A stretch of DNA of 64,000 bases from Mobula hypostoma (Eukaryota). Below, piece after piece: positions 1 through 12,095 of this stretch; positions within the stretch are counted from its first letter, which is position 1; the number at the start of each line of letters is the position of its first letter. The notes under the pieces are model-generated. The model was not told the DNA's origin and made no database searches. It was given only the letters and a program-made list of their open reading frames with translations. A program made the translations under genes and the position numbers. The stretch covers positions 35,650,001 to 35,714,000 of the forward strand of contig NC_086105.1 of NCBI RefSeq assembly GCF_963921235.1, in the 5' to 3' direction.

Positions 1-502
1 CGATCCAATTGCTCTTGCAGTGGAAGGAGGAAAAGGGGTTGACTGGTGGGGAGTTGTCCATGTGTCCACCCTCGCCTGGGGGATAGCTCCACCACAGAAA
101 ACCGGTCCCCCTTGTTAAAGTCACAGTCGGTGACTTTTAAAGGATTTCAGAGGACAACGAGAAGATTGATGGCGTCAGCTCACCTGAAGACTCAAATCTC
201 TCCCTCTCTCTCTCTCCATCACTACTCAACTAAATACCATGAACTGAACTAAACTTTACTTATCATTGTAAGACTGTATCTTTTTACCCTTAGACTTAAA
301 GAAGCTTGGTTTTTCATACATATATTTCCACACTTACTGATACATATATATAAAAAATCATTGCTAACCTGTTTGATTTATCTACATTTATATTACTGTA
401 TTGTGTAGTTACTAATAAATATTATTAGTTAATAGCAATACTGGACTCCAAAGTGTTTTCCATCTCTGCTGGTTCTTTATTCCCGTCACGGGGTACGTGA
501 CA
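1..502 (+). mobile_element. Probable 3' part of an LTR (solo or 3' LTR)
   Basis: AATAAA near 414 and a terminal ...GTCACGGGGTACGTGACA ending in CA; no primer-binding site (TGG) follows. Left end lies outside the window. Confidence 0.4.
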
Positions 503-859
503 AGAGAATGGAAGCTCAATAGCTGCAGGAAAGAGGAAGGCGAATGATGTCTCTGACAGGGTAAAACCAGGGTGACTATGGGGAAAAACTATAAAGAAGT
601 TTTAGTTTAATATGTGAACAGGAGATTTAGATAACAACAAATATGCAAGCTGCAAAATGTTAGGCATATGTTCCTGCTCTACATTTCGCTTCTCCTCCTT
701 TTATTAAAGTAGCTACAAAGACTTGAACAAGAAAATGGCAACAAGCTTGTTTTTATTTTAATCTCAATACCGCTCTAGCACTTACTGGAAAAATAAAAAG
801 TGCAATAGCAACATCAGAAATCATTCTATTATTCCAAAATGTGATATTTTTAAACTTAC

Positions 860-1045
860 TTCAAGGTAATCTAATGCCAAGAAAGTCTCTGGCTCAGCTC
901 GTTCCTCTTTCAAATACTTAATACAATCTCTGGCTGTTTTCTCAGTAGCAACCACAATAGCATTAATGTATCTTCCAAAAACTTTGGTGACAGCTATCTG
1001 GTACTTCTTGTGGATAGGATGACAGAGATCTACAAGTTTTCCATA
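860..1045 (-). CDS. SMC1B: SMC1B coding exon 10 (186 nt; start of hinge domain): [24 protein letters not shown]...[15 protein letters not shown]; gene continues beyond window start
   Basis: Translated by hand; hinge motifs [11 protein letters not shown] and [14 protein letters not shown]; AG/GT boundaries. Exons 1-10 sum to 1731 nt in frame. Confidence 0.94.
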
Positions 1046-1492
1046 CTATGGAACAAAGAATCAAAAGAAATTCTTACATGAAAGAGCAAGCACAATCTTA
1101 TTTATTTGGAGGTTCCGAAGGACTGATATTAACATAGTTAAACAACTTAGTCAGAGAGGCTTTGCTTGGTTTAATGGCTAAGGTGTATTGGTTTGTTAAC
1201 ATCTTTCTCAAGAATTTTGGAAGACACCCAAATTGGTATAGATTTTGCAGTCTACTTATATCTCGAAATCTTTGATCTGGCCCACAGAAATTAAGATTCC
1301 ATTTATCATGCTTAATTAATTAGACTGCTTCAAATTTTCTTTCAAATGAGAAAAGCAACTATCTGGTCATTATGTAATTCAATTTCAAAAAAAAGTAAAC
1401 AACAGGAATTCTGCCGATGCTGGAAATTCAAGCAACACATCAAAGTTGCTGGTGAACGCAGCAGGCCAGGCAGCATCTGTAGGAAGAGGTGC

Positions 1493-1528
1493 AGTCGACG
1501 TTTCAGGCCGAGACCCTTCGTCAGGACT
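1493..1528 (-). ncRNA. Minimal type-I hammerhead ribozyme motif (sense to SMC1B pre-mRNA, intron 9)
   Basis: Exact reverse complement of 1640-1675. Confidence 0.75.
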
Positions 1529-1639
1529 AACTGAAGGAAGAGTGAGTAAGGGATTTGAAAGTTGGAGGGAGAGGGGGAGATCCAAAATGATCCCCTCTCC
1601 CTCCAACTTTCAAATCCCTTACTCACTCTTCCTTCAGTT

Positions 1640-1675
1640 AGTCCTGACGAAGGGTCTCGGCCTGAAACGTCGACT
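1640..1675 (+). ncRNA. Minimal type-I hammerhead ribozyme motif
   Basis: Stem I AGUC (1640-1643) / GACU (1672-1675); core CUGACGA; stem II AGG-GUCUCGG-CCU; GAAA; palindromic ACGU pseudo-stem III; predicted cleavage after GUC at 1671. Confidence 0.75.
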
Positions 1676-2034
1676 GCACCTCTTCCTACAGATGCTGCCT
1701 GGCCTGCTGTGTTCACCAGCAACTTTGATGTGTGTTTCAATAAAAAGTAATTCAGAATGATAATCACTGATTTTTTTCTTCTTAGTTCTTCATAAGAGTT
1801 ACCAATGATACTGAATACATACTTAAAGAGTTAGTTATGCAATTTTCAACGATGCATGCATGGAGCACAGATGGCTCATGTGAATTAGGACATCACAATA
1901 CCAGTGAGGTTAACTTTAGTATCATTTAAAAAACATCTACTCAAAAAGATCTTAACCTGAGGACACTAGAACTTTTGCACACTTAGTTCTGTTTTGTACC
2001 CATCACCACTACAACCCACAGTCAAACTCTTCTT

Positions 2035-2495
2035 CCAGATGTTGCTGGATTGGAGAGCATACTATATGAGAATAGGTTGAGTGAGCTTGGCCTTTTCTCC
2101 TTGGAGCAATGGAGGATGACAGGTGACCTGATAAAGGTGTATAAGATGATAAGAGGCAATGATCATGTGGATAGCCAGAGGCTTTTTCCCAGGGCTGAAA
2201 AGGCTAACATGAGGGGGCATAGTTTTAAAGTGCTTGGAAGTAGGTATAAGGGGGATATCAGAGGTAATTTTTTCACAGAGTGGTGCGTGTGTGGAATGCA
2301 CTGCCAGTGACGGTGATAGAGGCAGCTACAATAGGGTCTTTTAAGAAATTCTTAGATAGGTACATGGAGCTTAGAAAAAATAAAGGGCTATGTGGTAGGG
2401 AAATTCTAGGCAGTTTCTAGAGTAGGTTACATGGTCCGCACAACATTGTGGGCCGAAGGGCCTGTATTGTGCTGTAGATTTCTATGTTCTATATT
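2035..2495 (+). mobile_element. CR1 LINE 3' fragment
   Basis: ORF 2050..2310 (LGLFSLE..R.TGDLI.VYK...RGHS) is the CR1 ORF2 C-terminus; ends in the TTCTATG tail. Confidence 0.85.
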
Positions 2496-3149
2496 CTCTC
2501 CCCTCCCGAACACCAAATCATCACTTGCACATCAAGTAGCGTCTCCAGCTCAAAACTGCCAAGCAACCTCCCATTTCAGGTACTCCTCTGCCACCCATTC
2601 ACCATACAGGACATTAGAATCACACTTCAGGTGATCTATCTTATTAGTTAAAATAAACAAAATCACCAGGTCTCTGCATTTTTAAAATCAAGATTTTAGC
2701 ATTTGTGAGAAAATATTTAATTCGTCCTACATTTTAGTCTTTTCAGATCTATTAAAATCCAATAGAATACATGTCAGGATTGAGGTTACAAACCTGTGTG
2801 CCCAATGAAGATATTCTATACCTTAGGCGGTAAATCGGAACCTCAGTTATAGACATCAAGTTAGATCTGTTGGGGTTTTCACAGACTAAATTACTAGCAT
2901 TAATTATTGTCACACAAAAACCAGTGCCATCTTACAGTTTTGTAAAATTTATTCAGACTGGTTATTTGCAGAAAGCTTTCCAGATCTGTTGAAAATACTG
3001 GACTGAAACAAAAATCTCTTTTCCCAAAAGCAAATATAGTGAATATGGCATCAAACTTCCATTTTCTTTACATTTCAGTAAGACACGTGATAAAATCTAT
3101 TCCAAAATGTAATTTACTCACTAAGTCTGAAATACCAAGATCTAACTGA

Positions 3150-3735
3150 TCACAGCACAGTACAAGTATTTCGACCCATGATGTCGTGTCAATCTTTTAA
3201 CCTCCTCCAAGATCATTCTAGTCCTCTTCCACACTGCCCTCCATTTTTCTTTCACCCATGTACTTATCCAAAAATCCCTTAAATCTTCCTAATGTATCTA
3301 ACTCTATAACCACCTCCTCCCACCACACAGCATTCTATGCACTTACCATTCTCTGTGTAAAAGATCTATCCCTGACATACTCCCATACTTTCCTCCAGTT
3401 ACCTTAAACATATGCTTTCGTACTAGCCACTGCTGCCTTAGAAAAGATGCACTGGCTGTTCACCCTATTTATTTTATGTCTCTTTATCATCTTATGCATC
3501 TCTATCAAGTCACCTCTCATTCTCCTTCACTCCAAAGAGAAAAGCATCAGCTTACTCAACCTTTCCTTATAAGAAATGCTCTCTAATCCAGGTAGCATTC
3601 GAGTAAATTTCCTCTACACCTTCTCTAAAGCTTCTATCATTCTATAATGAAGCGATCAGAACTGAACATAATATTCCAAGGGTGGTCCAACCAGAGTTTT
3701 ATAGAGCTGCAACTTTACTTGTGGCTCTTGAACTA
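3150..3735 (-). mobile_element. Degenerate CR1 LINE 3' fragment
   Basis: Reverse-complement similarity to the other CR1 3' ends in the window (e.g. ctctatcaagtcacctctcattctccttcactccaaaga). Confidence 0.65.
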
Positions 3736-3744
3736 ACACTGTCT

Positions 3745-4075
3745 CTACTGTAAGGTATGGTGGATGTTATGGGGATGCTTTTCAACATCAGGGGCTGGAA
3801 AACTGGTCAGAATTGATGGCAAGATGAATGCTGCTAAATTCAGAGAGATCTTGGATAAAAACTTGATATCCTCTTCCAGAAATTTGACTTTCAGGACAAT
3901 GACCCAAAGTTAACTTACTGAGTAATCATGGAGTGGCTTCAAATGAAGAAAACTGATGTCCTTGAGTGGCCCAGTCAGAGTCCTGACCTTAACCTGATCA
4001 AATATCACTGGCAAGACCTCAAGAATGCTGTCCACCACCACTCCACAACTAATCTGGCACAGCTTGAGCAATTTT
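3745..4075 (+). mobile_element. Tc1 transposase (DDE) fragment
   Basis: Tc1 signatures QDNDPK and VLEWPSQSPDLN (ORF 3928..4215). Confidence 0.85.
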
Positions 4076-4490
4076 GTCTCAAGAGCCCAGTCTGCTCTTT
4101 GCTTCCTAAACCTTCCTTCTTCCTCATGATTAAATATCCCACATCAGCTTACCATTCTTCCCTTATCTCAACTGGACAAATCTATCCAAAATCCATGCAG
4201 GTGCTCCCTAACTGAACTCCATATTTCCGATGTGCATCTCTCTGTGAACCTCTATTCCCAAGTTATGCTCCCAGGTTCTTGCCTAATAGCATCATAATTC
4301 CCCCTCCCCCAATTAAAAACTCTTTCATACTATCAGCTCCCCTCCTTGTGCAAAGCAAGGTTGTATTCAGTCTCCAAAAGCACACCCACCGAGAAATGTC
4401 ACCTGACCAGATTCAATGCCTATCTAGTACTAGATCCAGAATGTCTGTCTTCTGGTTGGCTTGTCCACATACTGTGTCAGGAATCCTTCC

Positions 4491-7400
4491 GAGAGCCCTG
4501 CTGGTAGCCAATGGGGTAACATCTTTTTGAAATTACTCCTACCTTATCTATCTTTTTGTTTCCTACCAATTTTTTGAAACCTTATTATAAATCTCAATAT
4601 TGCTCTATTATGTCTTTGAGAAAGACTAAAGCCTCTGCAAAAGAAAAAGATGATTCTCCAACCACTTTGAAATCAATTGGAGATTTCCTTAAAAAGCAAA
4701 GAACAGAACTTTCTGAAGAATTTCAACATCTTAACGCCAAGTTGGACATTATTCAACAAACTCTAATTGAACACGATAAGTGACTTAAAGAGAATAAAGA
4801 AACTTTGTTGATACTGGAAGCGGACTTAGAAGACATGAGTAGGCTCTGCAAAAAATTATTATCTAACGAAAAATTAACAAAGAAGATTACCAACCTGGAA
4901 AGCAGAAGCGGAAGTAACAACCTACGTATTCTGGGTCTTGAAGAATCAATTGAAGGTGCCCACCCCACGGAGTTCTTTGCAAGCTTTCTGCAGCAGCTAT
5001 TCCCTGATTTATTGCCGTCTCTGCCTAAGTTGGACCACACCCACTGGTCACTGGCCCCGAAACCAAAGTCGGGGGAGCAACCTAGGTCGGTTATTTTATG
5101 TTTTCATGTATTTCATACTAAGGAGCTTTTAATCCATCATACCAGCCAAGTAGGAATGATTGAATACAACAGGAAGATGATCAGATTCATGGAAGATTAT
5201 ACACCGGAGGTCATGGCTGAACATGCCAAGTATAAAGAGGTTATGTTGCTGCTTTATAACAAAGGGTTTAAGCCCTCCCTTTGCTTCCCAGCATGTCTTA
5301 GAATCATACAGAAAAATGGTGTGCAGAAATGGCTGGGATCGGTTGAACACATAGAAACATAGAAAATAGGTGCAGGAGTAGGCCATTCGGCCCTTTGAGC
5401 CTGCACCACCATTCAGTGTGATCATGGCTGATCATCCAACTCAGAACCCTGTACCTGCCTTCCCTCCATTAGCCACAAGGGCCATATCTAACTCCCTCTT
5501 AAATATACGCAATGAACTGGCCTCAACTGTTTCCTGTGGCAGAGAATTCCACAGATTCACCACTCTGTGTGAAGAAGTTTTTCCTCATCTCGGTCCTAAA
5601 AGGTTTCCCCTTTATCCTCAAACTGTGACCCCTCGTTCTGGACTTCCCCAACATTGGGAACAACCTTCCTGCATCTAGCCTGTCCAATCCCTTTAGGATT
5701 TTATACGTTTCAATAAGATCCCCTCTAAATCTTCTAAATTCCATCGAGTATAAGTCTAGTCGATCCAGTTTTTAATCATATGAAAGTCCTGCCATCCCAG
5801 GAATCAAAACACGCACAGAAGTTTTTGAAAGCAGATTAATTGCACTATATCTAAGAGCAATTATCTTTTTAATGTTGGATAGAATAAGGTTTTAATAAAC
5901 TTACATTTTAACCGTTTATATATCTTGCTTTCTGATATTTTCTTTGATGTTTTTTATTACTTTATTCTTTTTGAGGTTTTTCTATTTTTTTTTAAATTGT
6001 TAAAATGAATCCTTTTATGTTTTGGATTTCTGATCTAAGTTTTTTTTTGTCTGTTTTCTCCTGGTAGGAACATAATAACCTTGAATGATTGGAGTTTTGC
6101 CAGCAGGATTTCTTTGGGAGGGTTGCCTTTAGGGTTTAGCATGCCGACTGTCCTTTGGCCGGCTTTTTGGCTTTGGGAGGGGGAGGAGGATGGGGTTTCT
6201 TTTTCCTCTTGAAGCTGGGTTGGGCTACCATCCAAATTTTCTGTTTGAGTACCTTATTTTATGGTTCATTCTCTGGTTCTAATAACTTATGGTCAGATCT
6301 TTTAACTCTTCTGTTAATTAGCATTTAAAATGGATCAAAATATTAATTTAATTAGTTTTAATGTGAAAGGGTTAAATCATCCTGTGAAACGGAATAAGAT
6401 TTTTGCTTATATTAAGAAGGGCCCCCATTATTTTTCCTACAAGAAACACATGTACATAATTGTGACAACGCACGCCTTTTTAATCGGTGGAGGGGTTTAC
6501 AATTTCATTCTTCATTCAGAGCAAAATCTTGAGGGGGGTCTCGACTTTTATAGACAATACAATTTCTTTTCTTCAACATAAAGTTGTCTCCGACCCTAAT
6601 TTGCGATTTGTCATAGTGTCAGGGAAACCAGATAATAAATTAATTGTATTTGCTAATGTGTACGCCCCCAATGTGGATGACCCAGAATTTTTTAAGCGTT
6701 TCTTTTCATTCCTGCCAGATGTGAGTCTTTATTCTTTAGTGATGGGAGGAGATTTTAATTGTTGTCTAGACCCAGTATTAGGTCGCTCTCCTAAATCAGC
6801 CACACCTAATAAATCAGCTTTATTTATTCAATCCTTTCTAATGAAATGTGATATTGATGATGTCTGACTTTTTTTCCACCCTGCAGAAAGGGAGTATTCA
6901 TTCTTCTCTCATGTTCATCATTCCTATACCAGGATTGATTGTTTTTTTATTGATAGTCAAATGATTCCATTAGTTCGATCCATTGAATATAAAGAAATAG
7001 CTGTATCCAACCATTCTCCTGTGTTTCTATCTTTATAACTTCCTGGTTTCACTCATATGTACAGATCCTGGTGTTTTAATTTAACTTTGTTATCTGATAA
7101 GGACTTTCTAAAATTTCTGGAGAATCAAATTACTTTTTTTTTGAAGAAAATGTGTTGGAAGAGACTTCTAGTCTTATCATTTGGGACACTTTTAAGGCAT
7201 ATATTAGAGGACAAATTATCTCCTATACTGCATATATTAAGAAAAAAGCTAATAAAGAGAGAACTGACTTAGTTAATCAATTAAAACAATTAGACCAGAA
7301 ATATGCTTTGGCACCAAACCCCGAACTATACAAAAGACGTATTGAAATTAAAACTAAATATGATCATCTTATAACATATCCAATTGAAAACCAACTTTTA

Positions 7401-10370
7401 AAAGATAGAAGCCAATTCTATATACATGAAGAAAAAAAACAGGTAAACTATTGGCTAATCAATTGAAGATCTTTATAGCTAAACAGCAAATTAAAAAAAT
7501 CGCAACACCAATGGTGATTTGACAACTGACCATTTTGAAATAAATGACACTTTTAGAGAATTTTATTCTAAATTGTATAGTTCTGATTTTGTTAAAGATA
7601 ATACTGCAGTGAACAATTTTTAGACCAATTAAATATTCCTAGACTTTTGGTTGATAATCGAAAGCAGTTGGATCAACCTATTTTTCAGGAGGAAATCACT
7701 GAGTCTATACATTCACTTCATTCTGGGAAATCTCCAGGACCTGAAGGATTCTCTGGAGAATTTTATCAGGCTTTTTCTCCATTGCTTATACCTTATTTAT
7801 GTTCTACCCTTACTGATTCCCTCAAGGTGGGTAGGTTGCCACAGTCTTTTTATGAAGCTTCCATTTCGCTTAATTCTTAAAAAGAATAAGAATCCCACTG
7901 AATGCTCTTCATATAGACCAATCTCTTTACTCAATGTTGATGCTAAGATCCTACCTAAAGTTTTGGCCCGTAAGCTCCAGAATATTATACCTTTTACAAT
8001 ATCTGATGATCAGACAGGATTTATTAAAAATCGATTAGTCCCATTTTAATATCCAACGATTGTTCAATGTTATGTATTCTCCATCCAAAGAAATATCCAC
8101 GGCTTTTGACCGAGTTGAATGGAATTACCTATTTAAAGCCTTAGAAAAATTTAATTTTGGGCCCAATTTTATTCTTTGGATTAAATTACTTTACTTATCT
8201 CCCTACGCTAGGGTCCTTACTAACTTTCAGAATTCTAAACCAATTAAACTCCAACATGGAACCAGACAAGGATGTCCGTTCAGCCCTTTGCTTTTTGATT
8301 TGGTATTAGAACCTTTAGCAATTGCTTTTTGAAAGTCTAAAGATATCACCGGTATCTTAAGGAAAGGTACTATTCATAAAGTTTCACTTTATGCTGATGA
8401 CCTATTGCTTTTTATATCTAATGTTACAACCTCTTTACCCTCTATGTTTCTTTTACTGACTAATTTTAGCCAGTTTCTAGGATTTAAATTGAATTTATAT
8501 AAGAGTGAATTGTTTCTTTAAATAATTTGCTATCAACTGATAGTAACCTTCCTTTTAAAATTGTAAGAAAACAATTTACATATTTGGGTATAACAATCAC
8601 TAAGAATTATAAAGATCTATTCAAAGAAAATTTTGAAACCTTAATGAATTATGTGAAAAAGACACTTTCTAATTGGTCGCCTCTCTCTTTATCATTGATT
8701 GGTCGAATTAATTCTATTAAAATGAATATTTTACCTAAATTTATATACCTTTCTCAAGCCGTACCTGTTTTTATTCCTAAGTCTTTTTTTGATTCTTTAG
8801 ATTCGATTCTTTCTTCCTATATATGGAAGAACAGAAAACCCCAATTAAATAAAGCCCACCTTCAAAAAATTAAAAAGAATGGAGGCCTTGCTCTACCCAA
8901 TTATAGGTTATATTACTGGGCAATTAACATACGAAATCTTACGTTCTGGTTATATTATATTAATCGTGAGGATTGTCCAATATGGGTCCTTTTGGAAGCC
9001 AACTCCGTTACAAAACTTTCTATTATTTCTCTTCTCGGATCCTCTCTTCCTTTATCTTTAAATAAATTAACTGACAGTTTGGTGGTTACCGAGGATCTGG
9101 CTATAGTTTCGGTTTATTGAGATTTTCTCTTTCTAGTCCTACTTTTTGATTTTTTTTTAAACCATCTACGGCCGATCTGTTTTTTAAGAGAACAGGATAG
9201 ATTAGGCATTAAACGATTTCAGGATTTCTTCATTGGAGGGAATCTTTCTTCTTTTGAGCAGCTCTCAGTAAAATATAACTTATCAAATACTCACTTTTTC
9301 GATATCTACAGATTAGAGATTTTTTAAGATCTAAACTATATATATATATTTCCTACCAGCCCAGATAAGAACATAATAGATGTAACTTTTAATTTGAGAC
9401 CTTTTGATAATGGCTCAATATCTTATACTTATGGTCTGTTGTTGGGATTGAGAATGGTTCCTTTAGACAAAATTAAAAAAGATTGGCAAAAGGATTTACA
9501 GACTTCATTATCTGATGAGACCTGGAGGGCTATTTTCAAAATGTTTAAATCTTCATCATTATGTGCTCATCATTCCCTCCTACAATTTAAAGTGTACATA
9601 GGGCTCATATGTCTAAAGACAAGCGCTCTCTTTTTTTCACAGATATATCTCCTTATTGTGACAGATGTAATAATGGAGAGGCTTCACTAATTCATATGCT
9701 TTGGTCATGTTTGAGCCTTGAAAAATATTGGAAAAATGTATTCCAAACTTTTTCTGTACTTTCTAAAAGTTAATTTTAAGCCCAATCCTTTGACTGCCTT
9801 ATTTGGTATTGCTGAGGAGCTATAATTTTGGAGCCTTCTCATTTGTGGGTACTGGCTTTTATTTCTCTTATGGCTAGGAGGGCAAGCTTGCTTAAATGGA
9901 AGGAGGTTGCCCCCTCCCATACACATGCTCAATGACTATGCGATGTTATGCCATGTTTAAATTCAGAGAAGATTCGTTGTTCGATTTCTGATTCTAATCA
10001 AGATTTTCAAATGTTATGGGGACCCTTTCTGAACTATTTTGAAAGTCTTTGAATTGTTATTAAAATATAGATCTGGGCTATTATTATAAAACACTATTTG
10101 GTAAAGTACTCTTTTTTTGTTTTCTTTTACCAACCAGCTATGTCTTGGTAGTGGGTGTAGATTTTTTTAATAATATCATTAACCATATTATTGTATTTCA
10201 TAATTCAATTTATTTTATTTGATTGATCATGAATATGGGATACCATGATTATATCAGTGTGATTTATATATAGTGCATTTTGTGCTACCTTATTTTGATT
10301 TATAATAAGTATCCTTATGAATTCTGTATTTGTGTATATGAAATTTAATAAAAAATATTGGAAAAAGTAA
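4491..10370 (+). mobile_element. Full-length, decayed L1-clade LINE: ORF1 4610-5839 (one TGA, one nested CR1), ORF2 (APE + RT) about 6330-10050, frameshifted
   Basis: ORF1 motifs LESRS..NNLRILG.EE and EDYTPEV; ORF2 motifs SFNVKG, NVYAPN, GDFN, KSPGPEGF, YRPISLLN, GTRQGCP.SPLLF and LYADD; AATAAA/A-rich end; 12-bp TSD AGGAATCCTTCC at 4479-4490 and 10371-10382. Confidence 0.92.
5351..5807 (-). mobile_element. Young 5'-truncated CR1 nested in L1 ORF1
   Basis: ORF 5523..5744 (RGDLIETYKILKGLDRLDAGRLFP); AACAC duplicated at 5346-5350 and 5808-5812. Confidence 0.9.
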
Positions 10371-10752
10371 AGGAATCCTTCCTGAACACACCTAACAAAT
10401 TCTACCCCATCTAACCTCTTACACTAAGGACGTGCCAATCAATATTAGGGAAGTTGAAGTCAAATTTTCAACCTAATTGTTGAATTTCAGACTCAACATG
10501 ATGTATTATTTATTTTATACTATTTTGCATTATTTTTGAAGAAATCATTTGTCTGCATGTTTTTATGGCAAAATAGCCTGATCTTGAAACTTGGACTGGC
10601 TAATACAAAGTTAAGAATTTTTTTTTCACAAATTGATCCAAATATAGAACCAATTTAACTAATCCTCTTTTATTGGAGAGGTAGAACAGGATCACTTATA
10701 ATTAGCTGTGGAAATATAATTATTTATTATGTTCATATAAATTGCCACTTAC

Positions 10753-10960
10753 CACAGAATCTGGGTACAAACGCTTTAAGCTCTCAAGTATTTCAGCTCT
10801 CCTCTGTTGGCGATGGCCTTCACGGTGATCAATCCCTGCATTCTGCAGCTCACCAGCCACCTCATTTAGTTTTTCACTGACATCATTGATACGTTGCTTA
10901 GCATTCTTTATTTCATTAATCAAGTCTTCTTCCTGGTGTTTCTGCTCAGTCAGAGAAACC
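10753..10960 (-). CDS. SMC1B: SMC1B coding exon 9 (208 nt): VSLTEQKHQEEDLINE...ESLKRLYPDSV
   Basis: SMC1B-like motif LQNAGID..EG.RQQ.RAE.LE.LKRLYPDSV; AG/GT boundaries, phase 2/0. Confidence 0.94.
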
Positions 10961-11621
10961 CTAGTTTTGAAAGCATTTATAATTTGATGCTAGCATAAAA
11001 ATCTATTGTGGTGGAGTGCACAAAGTGCAAACATGCACACTATGATTCTCTTCTATTATAGATATTGCAAATAGAGAAGAAACATCTCCTTGAAAATACA
11101 CACAAATACCCTAAAGGAGGAATGTAACTGCAAATTTGACAGCTTAGTTTGTTCCTTATCAGTCACTTTTTTAAAATATAATTTCTCACTTTTCACCCTT
11201 CTTGCAATTTTAAACATGTTTGTTTTCTTACTTTTCCAGTTTTAAGGAAGAGTTCTTGACCCGAAACTTCAATCCTTGCTTCTCCCTCAACTGACGCTGC
11301 TTGACTTGCTGAATACCGAAGTCCTTCCCATTTCCTGCCTTGCTTTCACATTGTGTTGATTTTTGTAAAATTATCAGATAATTCTACATTGCCATTTACT
11401 CGGTTTATTTCAGTAAATGGATACTTTTCATTGTAAGCCAAAAAGTTTTTGAAAGACGATGCAAAAGTTTAAGATCAAGAAAATGTAATAATTTACATAA
11501 TTTAAATCAGTGTTAGAATTTTCAGATTATGTAAGTCTTTGAGATAATCTGAGGGCAAAGTCTTGTAAAAGATCTATAACTCTCTCCCCATAGATGTATT
11601 TCTTTAAAGTTGAACACATAC

Positions 11622-11704
11622 TTGCAGGTATTGATATATTCCTCAAGCTTTTCTATTCTTTTCATATAATCTTCTATTTCCAATCCCGTGTGTCTAATTC
11701 GAAT
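11622..11704 (-). CDS. SMC1B: SMC1B coding exon 8 (83 nt): IRIRHTGLEIEDYMKRIEKLEEYINTC
   Basis: SMC1 motif KRIEKLEEY; AG/GT boundaries, phase 0/2. Confidence 0.92.
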
Positions 11705-12095
11705 CTGAAAATGAAATATGTTCATACATTAATATTTTTAATAATTTTTGAAATTTTATTATCAAAAATACCTTATTGAAATGAAATCAACCCTGCAGAG
11801 TAAAATAAAATTAAGAGGCCAATTCTGAATTTTATCACCTTTCTCTTCTTTACCATTCAGTCCCTTGATTAACACCTTATTTTAAACCAATGCAAATAAT
11901 ATACTAAAACGGTATTTACATACTGCATGATAACTTTTTAATTCATTCTTAGAGACTATTTTTAACATTTCTACTTTCTGTATTCAATGATATTTCATGC
12001 ACATGATTCCACGGGATATCTAACACAGAAACAGGCCATTTGACTAGAACAGTATATGCCAACATCAAATCTCTTCCCCTCTAAATTTATCAGTA

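Larger units (their letters stand above)
1399..1734. mobile_element. Palindromic non-autonomous Penelope-derived insertion (two inverted copies of the Penelope 3' terminal repeat)
   Basis: Arms 1435-1576 and 1592-1733 (142 bp, one mismatch seen), 15-nt spacer; nearly identical to the Penelope 3' end at about 39820-39960; flanked by TTTCAAAAAAAAGTAA (1383-1398) and TTTCAATAAAAAGTAA (1735-1750). Confidence 0.85.

Noticed and set aside
1342-1767. Overlapping ORFs on both strands as a novel protein gene
   Set aside because: They are mirror-image products of the palindrome; the same peptides recur at 34987 and 39575-40046 in Penelope non-coding sequence.
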